The position numbers and the translations under genes were made by a program. DNA of 58,517 nucleotides, the filler included, from Sphacelaria rigidula (taxonomy: Eukaryota), in assembly GCA_964200075.2 (NCBI GenBank). It is 9 parts of 9 records of this genome, joined end to end, with 100 filler letters (N's around TTAATTAATTAA, not from the genome) between each part and the next. Parts side by side here need not be neighbours in the genome. Positions count along the whole stretch, not along the records: positions 1 to 6,413 come from CAXNAA020020217.1; positions 6,514 to 12,926 come from CAXNAA020020218.1; 7 more parts are not named here. One strand, given 5' to 3'. Below are positions 1-12,300 of this stretch, piece after piece (within the stretch, counting starts at the first letter, position 1; each line of letters begins with the position of its first letter). The notes under the pieces were generated by a model. That model had not been told where the DNA came from and searched no databases. It saw nothing but the letters and a program-made list of their open reading frames with translations.

Positions 1-66
1 GGCTGGTGCGCCCACATATACCGAAAGGTGTAGACCGGCGTCCAGAATAGATGTGACGACAACACC
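1..66 (+). mobile_element. SINE 3' end (partial copies also at ~3185-3318 plus and ~53325-53418 minus)
   Basis: Matches 43979-44043. Confidence 0.75.
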
Positions 67-997
67 CTATTAGGCAGGACGTGCGCAATACATGAGTTTC
101 CTTCCGCTTCTTTCTATAATCTGACAGTACCGCATAAGTGCAGTTGATGGCAGTGTTGCACACATAGGACAGACTACCCATCATGTGACCACGGCTGGAT
201 CCATGGGGGATCACTTGAAGTGCGACGATCGATCCATCAATCAATCAGTAGATAAGTGTACTGATCCGGAACTATTTATCTTCTGTTTTGTCGACGCCTT
301 TCTCTTATTATTTTCTTTGTGTTATTTTCTTCTTCTTGGAGTCTCAGAACAAACGATGAGAACCCTACCTCTTGTGAGGAATAGCAGGGACGGTGTTGCA
401 AAGACAAGCCTGCGTCTTTGACCACGCATTCGAGATATCGTTTTAATGTGCGAAAAAAATGAAAATAAAACCGTGTCGGTGGCGTCAGCCGAGCCAGTGT
501 GCACACATTTTTCCACGCGCATTTGACCCCATGTTGAATAATCTCCGCGCCGATTGCTACTCTCCACTATTGATAGATGATCACCAGCCTCCCGAGCAGG
601 TTCGTTGGCTGTTGATAAGCTCTGGTCGGTGAAACTTCGACCCGCCCCCCCACAGCGGTCAATGGTCATATGACTACAGCATGCGAGATCATGAATACAC
701 TTCCTTCCCCCCCGGGCCTTTGACCCGCCAAAGCGGCCATCCGTGTCCATATGTACAACAAGCATCAACTCCACTCCACATATCGCCGAATCTGAGGGCG
801 CCGAAATGATTGCTACAAGCACATTTCACTTCGGAGCTTCGGGGGTTTCTACAAGAAGGTCCTTCATTCGTGCATTACAACCAAGGCAGCCAAAAACGAT
901 GCGATCGCTGGGAAGACCATGTCGCGGTCAACTAGTCAAACCTGAACTCCTCGAGCCGTTGTAACGAGAGACACAGCCCCAACACATTCTACGGTAC

Positions 998-3900
998 CTT
1001 CTCCGCCATCTCAGCGATGCTGTGACACGCCGACTCCCGGACGCAGTGGTTGTCGAGCTCGCTGGCCATGCAGTAGTAGTCCGTCACATCTGCCGCGTAC
1101 TTGCCCACCATGTCGCGTCCGACCTCCCCCATGAACATACGCCACGTCTCCTGAGAATACAGCTTCACGCCGTCTGCAAGGTAGTACCTGCATGCACACA
1201 GATATGCCATGGCATGCAATACACAACAGTCAACGTTTGAAAAAAAAAAGTGAAGAAAAATACCGTGAGAAGCGAAGACACGTCTACAGTAGTACATACA
1301 TAACATGCACATACATTCTCCAAGTCCTTGCGGACACTATCGTCAAGAATAGATCTACGTGAAGAAAACACCAAACGAACTACACGAAGCTCGCTGTCAT
1401 AAGACTCAACTCCTCCCACCCCCCCCCCCCCCGAGGACAAGAAAAAAAAACGTTTGTGCTCCCCCTTCCACGCTCACCCCCTTCAACGGGTACGGCACGT
1501 GTGGGGCGCAGCATGCGAGGGTACCCAGGAGAATGACAGCTATTCTCACACCCACACCCATACCAACACAAGCACAGTAACAACGAGCAGCACTACTGGC
1601 AACAGCGGCATGAGCACAGGTGATAAAATTAAGCGCCGATAGCCCAGAATATATCACAGCTTCTAGCACCAGCATGAAAGCCATATTCCCATTGTTCACA
1701 GTAGCTCTCACCGGTTGAGGCACATGCGAGGGAGAAGGCGAGGGTAGAACGCTTCTCTGTCTTCCGCCGACAAGGCCTTCAGCAGCGACCGGTTGGCTAC
1801 CGACGCTGCGTAGCGGACTTGACTCCAGTTGTCCTGCATCCCCAGGGCACACGCCTCGGCGAACGTGGAAGCCAAAATCTTGCCCTGCGGGGGTGCGTCG
1901 GATCCACTCAAAGTTCCGCAAGCATCAAGGATGCTCCTGTCGTGCCACCATACGGGGCGCAAGGGAGGGAGGTGTGATGGGTGGGGTGGATGGTGGGGAA
2001 AAGGAAGGGTTACTGAAAAATTCGGGGATACAAATAAGAGTAAATCTTGAATGATTTTCACGTCATCGGTTGCGGTATACTCAGTAGTCAAACAATCTTC
2101 AATTTCTTGGCAGTGACTGAGAGATTGTCTTGACGAGCGAGAATCTAAATCTACAACTATTTTGACAGGGTGCTGTGATCGGACCGCTGCCCTGAACCGA
2201 AAACAAACTAATTTTCGATTTTTGTCAAGCCTTACGCAGGAAGATCTCAAAACTCACCTCAAATCGGCAAAAGAAAAAAATCGACGCTTGTTGAAAACAC
2301 ATCGTAAAAAGCTTTTTACATTATTGTCACTGCGGGTCTCGGGAGCATCGATGTGCATAGTCTGGATCTTTCACCCAAACGTACCCTGGATCATGACCAA
2401 CTAGCATAAACTTGACAGTACATGATGCTCACACGAAGCCATGCAAACCATCTGCTCCGAGATCATGACACCGAAGAATACACACCAGCCGCCGCCTTGT
2501 GCTGCAAAATCCAATAGCTGGACGGGCGCTAAGGGCGGGGCTCGGATTAGTTGTTTTCCACCCGGAGACAAGGCCCGTATGCATCAAGCAAGCTTGGGGC
2601 TGACGGAGCTGTCGTCACGTACACGGCGTGTGCCAAATTTTTTCGTGCCCGAAACCAGAGACGTATTGGCCCTGGAGCGTGGAGACCGCCGTGACCGGTG
2701 ACCGCATCAGCAGCCCTAGATGAACTCATGCATATACTGCGATGAGATTTTTCAAGTCGTCGCCTACGGGCAAGCCATTTTGTGTGAATTCCTATCAACC
2801 GCTGTACGCCCATGCAACAGTCACACAAGAGCGTCCGCCATGGCATGGCCACCTCACACTCCCGGGATAAAGGGGATCAAAGACAGAGCTACTTCTATCG
2901 GGCTCAAACTGACTGTATGTGATGAAGCCCTGTGGGCGCCCATGTCCAACCATCGCTCATGTACGACTACGCAATGGGTAATTCTCAAGTGACGACGATT
3001 GTGCACGCGAGGTTGGTAGCAGCAGTCACAAGCCGGGAACAACTACGTAGCATGGACTCTTGTACCATGCGGTTGACACGTGCTATGCTCGTCGGGCAAA
3101 CCTTGTGAGAACACGTTACACCGGAAAAAATCCCCACAGAATATATCACGCCCCAAAATTACCCATCACATAAACCATTGTCACATCATGCCCAACAGTG
3201 AGCGGAGAGGGATCATGTGCTGAGTACACGAAATTCGACTTCACGGTTGACGAGGGAAAGGAATTGCCGAACCCTTACTGCAATAAAAATCAAGGTAAGC
3301 ACCGCAGAACGAGGGTTGAGACCAAGCACGAGTTGCAGTCAATGCATGGCTCCGACGAGAAGTACAAATCTCTCTCTCCCCCTTTGCGCATCTGTCGACG
3401 AAGCACCTACAATAATGCATGTGAAAGGGCTGCGGACAGCTTCTCGGTGTTGCCCCATCGATGTTGAGGCATGAACACAACGCTTGGAGACGGACATTCC
3501 ACACGTCCGATGACTTCCTGGTGGCGAGTTCACGACTCCCGCGACAAGACTCGGAAAATGACGACTGAGAGTCGATTCCTACGACAAAATCCCGAAAATC
3601 GCGACGACTACGAGTGGATTCTTATGACAAAATTCGGAATATCGCGACGAACACGAGGACTCGACCCATAGCCGTAGACGTTGGACGTGCGGAAGCCTAC
3701 GAGCTCCAACCGAAAAAAACGGGGCGGGGAACCAAAGAAAAAAATAGCGGGAATACTACTGCAGCCCAATGATTGTTTTGATTGATTGGTTGTGTTTCAT
3801 TGTCCCCCAGGAGTCACGATCCAGCCGTGGTCATTGTCCACATGATAGACGTACCAGAGACAAAAAGAACTGGAACATTCACTCAAGAAAAGTGAGAAGA

Positions 3901-5974
3901 AACAGATTGTTGTTGCACAAAAAACATTGGAAAAGCGGGGCAAGTGAGGCTGTTGTGGGGTCGTGGTGCTGGACCCGGGCTTAAGCGACCACAGCGCACC
4001 TGAACGAAACGACTTGAACTTTCCACCTGGCATACCTATTTGTATTCGATTTTTGTTCACCTGATAATCTGGAAGGAAGCTTCCCTGACATGTCTGTTGA
4101 TGTGGACCGTGGCCCCCGACACGATGTATCCCACCGTGTCTTGTGTCAGGTGTCCGTCGTCGATGAAAGAGCGACCGAGTGCGTCCACAAACTCCTGTCG
4201 AAAACAACAATAAGAAATATGACAACAAGCACCGAGTCACGGAAGGTGATTTGAGCACAATACATGCACACACACACCATTCACCAGGATTAGTGTCGCA
4301 CGATGAAATCATACCATCGCGTTCTGTGGGAAAACAAAATAAGGAAGAAAGTCAGGGAAAAACGATAGGATGATGTATAAAAACCAAATGCTCGACGTAT
4401 TGGAAGGAACGAGGGATGGCGGTCCACACCAAGAGCATGACCTTTATATACAACTGCAACAGCCAAGGCCGTCGCTGCGGGGCGCGCACATACAACAGTA
4501 CAGTACCTTGATTGCCAGGAGGCCACGAATAAGGAGGTCTCTCAACCGCTGATCACATCACGTTTGTTGAGGGGGGAGGCGGGGGGCGTACTCATTTGTT
4601 GCTTGCCTTAGTCGTTCGACCATTGACCACGCATCCCTTTCGAGACGGAGCACCGTTCCTACTCCTAATAGAGACAGGAGTTGAAGGGGGAGGGGGTGGG
4701 GAGGGTGATGAGCTACTAATACGTACCCGAGCATGGTACTGTAGGTACTGGTATGGAGTTGTGTCACGGTATAATTACTTGGCCCAAACGAGTCTCACAT
4801 CGGGGTTCCTAAACTTAAGAGCCGCAAGGAGTGTTACCAGGGCGTGTCCTATTCAAATTTCATGTCAAGATATCCTTAGCTCAGTGGATTACGAATCGTG
4901 CGGCGTCTTCACATTCTACATCAATCTTTTTTCGGATGAGATACAGGGGCTCCTAACGATAGAGGTGAGAGATCTTTTGTGCACCCCCATCGCGGCGCCA
5001 CTTTATGGGTACGTCTCCCTTGTGACCACGGCTGGCTCCCTCGACATATAGGGGTGGGATCACTCAATCTACGACAATCAATCAATCACTCACTACTGTA
5101 CGGGTGTGTCAGATAGGGTATACCCGATACTGTTGGTATTTTGAAAAGTAAGTGGAAATCTGACTCATACCCTGTTGTTCTCCTCTCCACACCCCATACA
5201 AGTCATTTGTGAGTGACTTGGGCAAATGATGTGCGCCTTTTCAAAATACCGAAGTATGGGGCACACCCTACCCGACAGGTTCATGCGACGTTGTACTCGT
5301 GTGACCGACCATGCAAAGCTTCCAGAAGAAAAAGTTGTGGCTGGGTACAAGCACAGCGCAGTGCAATACTCCCACCTACACTACAAGGCGGGGGGAAAGA
5401 CTAGAACCTTCCATCTCTAAAGCACGAAAGATCTTCCGGGTCGCGGACTGGGTTTCTGTCACACACAATACAAGTCAGACAACGCGACACGCTGAGAAAA
5501 AAAAGAGCCTAAAAATCATCAAGTGCGCACACTACATACAGCATAGTACAGTATACAGTATTATAAAGTGCACACACTACCTCGTACCTTGAGTGCCAAG
5601 AGGCTGGTTTCGAGAGCCTTCCAACCACTCGTATCATCCACTGCAACGTTTTCCGCGCCGGTGATTACGTCCGTTATGGTCTCCTTCGCCCGTACGAAGT
5701 TTCTGCTTATAGCGCCGAGGAGCCGCTCCCTGAAGAAGACGTACACCGCCAGACCAGTGCAGTCTCCGCCATCCTCCTCTCCCGCATTGGCGGTGCTCTC
5801 GTTCATGACTTTGTTACCTTTATCGCTGTTGCCAGCGCGGGTCAAGGCACCCAGGGTAGCAGCGACGAGCGAGCGTACACGAGGCTCGGAGTGCTCGAGG
5901 TGTTGGTCGCAGTGAGCAAGAAGGGAACGGAGAAAGGACGGGCTCAGGCTTCGTCCAGCTTGGTCCACCATTGT
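998..5974 (-). CDS. Partial spliced gene, HEAT/ARM-repeat-like helical protein (exons 5588-5974, 1712-1936, 998-1187)
   Basis: Three protein-like segments with AG/GT borders: ...EHSEPRVRSLVAATLGAL...DDTSGWKALETSLLALK; SILDACG...MQDNWSQVRYAASVANRSLL...LLPRMCLNR; YYLADGVKLYSQETW...DNHCVRESACHSIAEMAEK. The CG|G junction at 1712/1187 is in phase. D/N-x-x-VR-x-A motifs are HEAT-like. The 5588/1936 junction is out of phase (see findings). Confidence 0.75.
4588..4679 (-). mobile_element. Short 3'-end copy of the same LINE family
   Basis: Reverse complement of 35290-35376. Flanked by a 14-bp TSD gttga(g/a)gggggagg at 4566-4579 and 4680-4693. Confidence 0.85.
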
Positions 5975-6413
5975 CTGTTGGGTACAAATGCGGTTGTCGG
6001 CAGCGAGGGGAACAAGAGGCGGTGAAATGAATGGACGTAAATAATCGAATATTGCCTTTTGGGCAGACGTGGGCAACCGCAGTATACAGTAATAGCACCA
6101 GGTGAGTGAGGGAGATCGATTGTACACTTCGATTCACGACTATATTTTTGTATTTTTGTGCCAGAAGCACACGGCACGTGTGAGTGAGGGAGATCGATTG
6201 AACAGTTTCGATTCGCGACTATATTACGAGCTGGGCCGGCCGAGAAGCGATTCTACAGTTTGCAGGCCGATTATACGGTCAATACTGGGAGCTGGCCCCT
6301 AAAATTTGGTATGGACAATGAGTAGGGCATAATAATGAAAATACTGGCGTACACAAGTTTTTTTTTTTTTTCATGAGTTACGGGCATTTTACCGATATCT
6401 GAAAACTGATTAT

Positions 6414-6513
6414 NNNNNNNNNNNNNNNNNNNNNNNNNNNNNNNNNNNNNNNNNNNNTTAATTAATTAANNNNNNNNNNNNNNNNNNNNNNNNNNNNNNN
6501 NNNNNNNNNNNNN
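6414..6513. other. Artificial 100-bp contig spacer (also 12927-13026, 19440-19539, 25953-26052, 32466-32565, 38979-39078, 45492-45591, 52005-52104)
   Basis: N-run + TTAATTAATTAA (stop codons in all six frames) + N-run, with an exact 6513-bp period. Confidence 0.98.
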
Positions 6514-7630
6514 GGGCACCTTCCCCTTGATTAGACGGTTAATAGAATATGCGTATCACGGCCCAACTCGTCTGTGTCGATGATATATTGCTTTTAGAGC
6601 TTAAATCCGTTTTTAGGCCGGCCCAGCTCGTAGGGAAGTCCTTTTTGGTTGAATAATTGTGTCTCATTATCCACGTTAAACAAGGTTTACGTGAGATCGA
6701 GAGTTGGGTGCGGATTGAGAGAGGCTTTGATCATTCGCTTTAATTTGGCCAATTTTTCACTCCGTGTGTACTTTTGTTCGCCTCATCACTGCCATGTGCT
6801 TACAACTATACGTTGATATCCTACTCAGGGGTATCGAGGGCCTCAGTGGCAAGCTACTACAGAGAGAATATTTGGCCTGNNNNNNNNNNCACTAATTGAC
6901 CGCTTTCACTCTCAGTCATACCTTGAACTCTCAATTTCACGAAAACGTTGTTTTCAACTGATCTCTCAGGAGTCACGATCCAGGTGGGGTCATCATCCAC
7001 ATGATGAACGTATTCGAGACAAAACAAAAGTGAAGCAAGCAGGAGAGGTAGGACCGAGGGAGACTAGAAAAAGGAAAGAAACGAAGACGAACGAAAAAGA
7101 AAAAAACTGGACACGGCCAGCCTCTGCCACATGGCTTCGATGGAAAAGGTCTTGCGCAGAAACCACACTCATACCCAATCGTAGAAAATCAAAAGCCGCG
7201 ATAACAGATTGCGGCTCATTTACCATGACCACACTATGTTGGGGATGCACCTCTCGTCCATATGAACCCTGCGGAAACCAACCTGCTATTGTATACACCA
7301 GCAGGGAAGGACATCTACCAAAGCATGGGTAAAGATGGAGGAGAGAAGGAGACTGCAGAAGGGGTGAAACTCAAAGGACAAAAAACAGAAGAGCCGTCAG
7401 ATAGCAAAGAGTCAGTGAAGGCACTGTTTTTGAGTTGAAACTCAATTTTAACGCTCAATCTCATTCTCGAAGATGATATCTTGCGCTGTGGTCAGACTCC
7501 AAATCTCTGCCGTCCCTCGATCAGCCGATACACTTCATGGGATCATTATTGGTTGATACTCGTGGTGAAACACGCAAAAAGATTTGATGAAACATTAATA
7601 GTAACACTCGCTACTGAAATCATGTTTCCT

Positions 7631-9280
7631 TCATTGTGCTAATCGTGGAGTCGATGGCTGGTTGGCACTGCTAGACCCCAGAGCAGTGATGGCCGCATTG
7701 AACATATGTGCGTCGGTGGGAGTTACACCGATTCTCTGCACCTCCCTCAATAGCGCAAGAGACTCCTGCCAACGACCACTGTCCGCGCACCCTTTGATGG
7801 CTGCAGCGTATGTCACAGAGTCGGGCGGCACGCCCTCCGTTTTCATTTTTCGTAGCAGGCCCATGACATGCTCCCACCTCCCGTTGAACCCGCAAGCTAT
7901 GATGGCCGCGTTGTAGGTCATCACGTTTGGCGCGTTGCCTTCCCTCTGCATATACCGTAGCAATTCTAGGGCATCTTCCCACCGACCCCCTATCCCACAG
8001 GCTTGGATAGCTGCGCTATAGGTCGGCAGAGTGGGAGCAATACCCTTCTGCTGCATATCCCTGAACAGTCCCATGGCCTGCTCACACAGCCCAAGCTCTC
8101 CGTACGCAGAAATCGTCAAGCTGTATGCGTGAGCGTTGGGGAATACACCCTCTGATAGCAACTCCCACCACAAAGTTATAGCCTGTACCCAATTCTCGCT
8201 ACTACAACAAGCGGACATTGCAGCATTGTAACTCTTCACGGTAGGACGCAATCCTCCCCTTTTCATCTCCTTCAACAGATCCGTGGCCTCTCGCCATTGT
8301 CCTTTGCACGCCCTCATCGCAGTGTCGTAACTCATGACATCCGGGGTGGCATCCTCGCCCCGTTGCATTTCTCTCAGCAGGGCGATAGCGTGCTCCCATT
8401 TCCCGGCTTGACCACATGCTGTCATCGCCGAGTTATATATGAAGACATCGGGAGTAATACCCTCAGTCTGCATTTCCCTCAACAGGTACAAGGGTTCCTC
8501 CCATCGACCTCCTTTTCCGCAGGCTTGCACCACGGAACTGTAGGCCACCACGTCGGGAACAACACCCTTTTGCTTCATCTCCCCGAACACTTCCAAGGCC
8601 TTCTCCCACTGCCCCGCGATGCCGCACGCTTTGATCACGGAACAGTACGTCACAACGTTGGGCTTGACCCCATACCCCGGCATTTCGTTCAAAAGCTCAA
8701 CGGCCTGCTCCCATTGCGAATCACTCGCACAGGCATCGATGGCCGAGCTGTACGTCACCACATTCGGCTTCACTCCCCTCTTTTTCATCAGAGACATTAT
8801 GCCCAGTGCACCTTTCGACTGGCGGCACCTGGCGGCCGCATGCACTGCCGCTGAGTACACGAAAATATTCACGACGGACGACGCATCATCCCGACCCAAA
8901 GCTTCCCTCAAGACCTCCCTAACCTCTCCCCAATTTCGTCTAACCCCGGCCTGCTGTAACCGCTCCGTGTACGACTGGCTAGTGGCCAGAGCTTCTTTCG
9001 ACAATCGCTGCTTCGGTCCGTTTTTACCTATTTTTTTACTCCGGGGTTCCACTGGCTTGCGCGGACGAGGATTAGGCGAAACCGTCGGCTGCTTCCCTGA
9101 GTATGCAAGGCCGTCGCTATTTGCTCCCGTCCCCGCTCGTGTCCTGCTTGCATGATGCGGCGAGGAGTTGGTTTGCAACCGATGAGCCGAAATCATGACA
9201 GTGCGTCGTGTCCGGGAGGACCGCTGGATGAACGTCTCCGCCAAGTGCGCCGACGTCCTGACAGCACCGCGGAAGGCCAT
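7631..9280 (-). CDS. P-type pentatricopeptide repeat (PPR) protein, 549 aa, single exon, probable organellar (mitochondrial-like) presequence
   Basis: Eleven complete ~35-aa repeats plus a partial one (e.g. VVTYSSAIDACASDSQWEQAVELLNEMPGYGVKPN). ATG at 9280 (MAFRGAVRTSAHLAETFIQRSSRTRR) starts an R/S/A-rich N-terminus with few acidic residues. Confidence 0.93.
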   Translation of the reverse strand: MAFRGAVRTSAHLAETFIQRSSRTRRTVMISAHRLQTNSSPHHASRTRAGTGANSDGLAYSGKQPTVSPNPRPRKPVEPRSKKIGKNGPKQRLSKEALATSQSYTERLQQAGVRRNWGEVREVLREALGRDDASSVVNIFVYSAAVHAAARCRQSKGALGIMSLMKKRGVKPNVVTYSSAIDACASDSQWEQAVELLNEMPGYGVKPNVVTYCSVIKACGIAGQWEKALEVFGEMKQKGVVPDVVAYSSVVQACGKGGRWEEPLYLLREMQTEGITPDVFIYNSAMTACGQAGKWEHAIALLREMQRGEDATPDVMSYDTAMRACKGQWREATDLLKEMKRGGLRPTVKSYNAAMSACCSSENWVQAITLWWELLSEGVFPNAHAYSLTISAYGELGLCEQAMGLFRDMQQKGIAPTLPTYSAAIQACGIGGRWEDALELLRYMQREGNAPNVMTYNAAIIACGFNGRWEHVMGLLRKMKTEGVPPDSVTYAAAIKGCADSGRWQESLALLREVQRIGVTPTDAHMFNAAITALGSSSANQPSTPRLAQ

Positions 9281-10124
9281 GGTACCCACAAAACCAAAAG
9301 GACGACTCTGCGGCAAAAAACACAAGTGAACAACGGCCGTGCCCGCAGGGACGCCACCAGGAGAGGGGAAAGGGGGGGGCGAATGCAAGGTCAGCCGTTT
9401 GAGTGCGACGTCGTGCAAAAACCACGTCAAAAACCACGTCAAAAGAACTTACTTCTGGGGGGGAAACGCCTGCTCCAAGAGTGGCGCGGAGAAACGTGAG
9501 TTTTGCTTGAAATGGGTTATGGGGTGTTTGTCCTGTGGCTTCTGCCAACAATTGCATTGTTTGGTTCTTTTTGTCTTGGCTGCACTGGTATAAACATGAC
9601 GCGCTGTGTGTACGTACTTTTTAGCACCGCTGCAGCCGAATTGCAGGCAAAATCCTGTAGTGTACCACTACTGTACTGGGCATGATTTTCCGAACCGAAA
9701 CCAACCGCTTCATTATGTAGAGTAGAACAGAACCAGTTCCACCTTCCCCTAAAGCCACGTGTACATGGGATGCACGAGAAGTGAACCATTCGTCCGGTGA
9801 AATTTCGGTACCGTGATGGCGGGGTATAGCAACCACGGTGACAAGGTGTCCAACCTCGATCGATTGTGTCGAGAAGCGAGGCTCGTCCGCCGCCGGACCA
9901 TTCAGTTTGTGGGCAGATGTAGATGGTCACGTCTGCAATTGCACTGGATCTCTCACTTGAGGCGACGTGGCCGACGCCTTCTTCGAAAAAAAATCAGGGT
10001 TGGCAGCTGGCCACTGGGCAGTACCGTAGATCACAGTCAGTGCAAAACATTTAATTTGAGTATTTGCCAGTGCATTGTGTCACACACCCTGGTCACAGTT
10101 CTAGAGTCATGCCCCCCATATAAA

Positions 10125-10460
10125 GCCGGTCGCCCCGGTGGCTCAGTTAGTAACCTCGAAACCTTTTAGCGGTTGGGTCGTGAGTTCGAATCTCGGGGCA
10201 ATTTGGGATTTTTTCTCACACACTGCCCAACAGTGGAGAGCCACTGTGTCGTGGGTACACAAAATTCGACTTTATGGTCGACGAGGGGGAGGGACTGCTG
10301 AACCCCTCTCGCGATAAAAAAATAAAAGTGAGCACCGCAGAAGGAAGGTGGAGTACTAAAAACAAAATGAAGAATAAAGACTCCTATGTTGCCCTCCCTC
10401 CTGTGTGATCCCGGCTCGTGCGCCCCTAGTCACCGAAAGATGTAAATCGTCGTGCAAAAT
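10125..10460 (+). mobile_element. tRNA-derived SINE
   Basis: A-box TGGCTCAGTTAG and B-box GTTCGAATC, followed by a ~260-bp non-tRNA body shared with other copies. Confidence 0.85.
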
Positions 10461-11889
10461 AGATTATTTATTACTATTATTATCAGGGGGAGGTTATAGG
10501 GAAAAAGCCCGTTCGAACAACCGTTGCCGCTTTCTGCGACGATTTGAAGTGGGATACCGTGGGGGAAATGGCGCAGAATGCTCCCCCCCTATCGTACCAT
10601 GACTATTCCCGGATTGTTTTGGCACAAGGTCGTTACCTACACACAACACTTGACCAAAGACAAAAAGCAAGTATCGGGGTACGTTGCATACCACCCTTTA
10701 ATACCTCCGGCTGGCAAGTGGTCGATGCCGAAAAACTCAATGCCCGGGGTTTTTAGGTTATGTGAGCTATGGAAGACATCGCCCTCCACCATATAATTGA
10801 TGACGAAGGCAAAAATTATTTTAACAGCACAATAGAATTAGTGGTGAAGAGGGCACGATCCATTGCACCGCATGTACGGATGCGGTCATACCTTCAGAGA
10901 CAAGAGGGTGAATGGGCGTGGAGTCAGCCCGCGCAGCGTACGACACACACAGTAAGAATCGAGTGATCCTTGATGATGATAAAGACATAAAACTCACCGG
11001 AAAACGGATCAGGGGCGCATCATCGTGCGCGGCGCGCGGCTCTCATTTCTGCTGCCAGCTGTGCATGGCGGGTACATTTTGTTGTGTTTTCAACTTCACA
11101 GGGCGCAGATCGTAGGACTTTTCATACCTGTTTGTCAGAGTACGAATCCCACAGATGTGAAATGTTTGTGAGAGTAGGAACGTCTTTTTTCCAAGCAGGA
11201 GGTTTTTCTTGATTCGCACCAAGAAGATCGAATCGTCCTAAATGATCGTCAACGCCTGAACGCCCGTGATCTGACGTGAATTTTGGCGCAGTTAGATTTG
11301 AAATCGGTGACACCTTCCATGAGATACGGCCGAAAGTATGCAACAACAACAAAAATGTTGGACATTAACAATGTTTTCGTGAAATCGAGAGTCCAGCCTT
11401 GATTGAGGGTGAGTTTTATCATCCGCTTCAACTTGGCCATTTTTTCATCTTGTGCGCGTTTCTTTCTCTGTAACACTGTCCTGTGGTTACAGCTACACGT
11501 CGTTATCCTACTCGTAACTAAGAGATATATCAAAGGCTCCAGAGGCAAGCAATAATAATGATATTATTCCAGAAAGCGTATCGGGTCTCGGGAGGGGCAT
11601 TCGGAACTGAAACATTTCATTCGTGAACTGACCGCTTCTTACTCTCAGTCGTGTCCTGGACTCTCAATCTCATAAAAACATCCCTATTATACCTCATAAT
11701 AACTGCACTCTGACCACGTCGATCTTGAATCTTTCGGCGCCAGAATTCTCGTCAGATTTTCACGGGTTTCACGGGGATGACGGCTGTTCCGGACGATTCG
11801 ACCATCTTGTTTGGTGCAAATCACGAAAAACCTCCTCCTGTTCCGAAAACGATCCGTTCCTAATCTCCCGAAAACACGGGATCTTACAG

Positions 11890-12300
11890 ATTGGGGATGG
11901 ATCTTTTATTGGGGATGAAAAACCCGGAGAATTAAAATCTTCATATCCACACCAAATCTTCGAAATATGATTCCATTCCTTCACCTACTGGTAGCTATTG
12001 ACAAGCACTGCACGCCCTACAAATTTGGAATTCGATGACCAAAATATTGGGGTCCTAGGTGAACAACTAATTTCGGGGAATTTCGGCGATCCGATCGAAT
12101 CACCTAAATTACCCAAAATTGTTCCTTCATCTGGGATCCCCAACAGTTCGGGTATCGAAATCCAAATTTGTCGGGTGTGTAGTGCTTGTCAATGACCACC
12201 AGTAGGTGAAGGAATGGAACCTTAGTTCGAAGATTTGGTGTGGATACGAAGGCTTCATTTTTCAGGTTCTCATCCTCGATGAAAAGCTCCATCCTCAATT
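11890..12300. repeat. ~410-bp foldback palindrome
   Basis: Arms mirror around ~12094 (e.g. ttccattccttcacctactggt / accagtaggtgaaggaatggaa). Confidence 0.85.

Noticed and set aside
6458..6469. Periodic TTAATTAATTAA as a biological repeat or CRISPR-like array
   Set aside because: It is a synthetic six-frame-stop linker embedded in Ns.
6226..6632. Inverted pair tacgagctgggccggcc apparently spanning the first gap, suggesting contiguity
   Set aside because: The same MITE end also occurs near contig ends at 32401 and ~52150. Repeat-induced breaks explain it.
8297..9155. Plus-strand ORFs of 178-185 aa
   Set aside because: Antisense shadows of the PPR CDS.
7631..9442. 603-aa PPR start from the ORF track
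   Set aside because: It uses a non-ATG start. The first in-frame ATG, at 9280, gives a plausible presequence.
10131..10200. tRNA gene
   Set aside because: No complete cloverleaf or acceptor stem, and it continues into a multi-copy body, so it is a SINE head.
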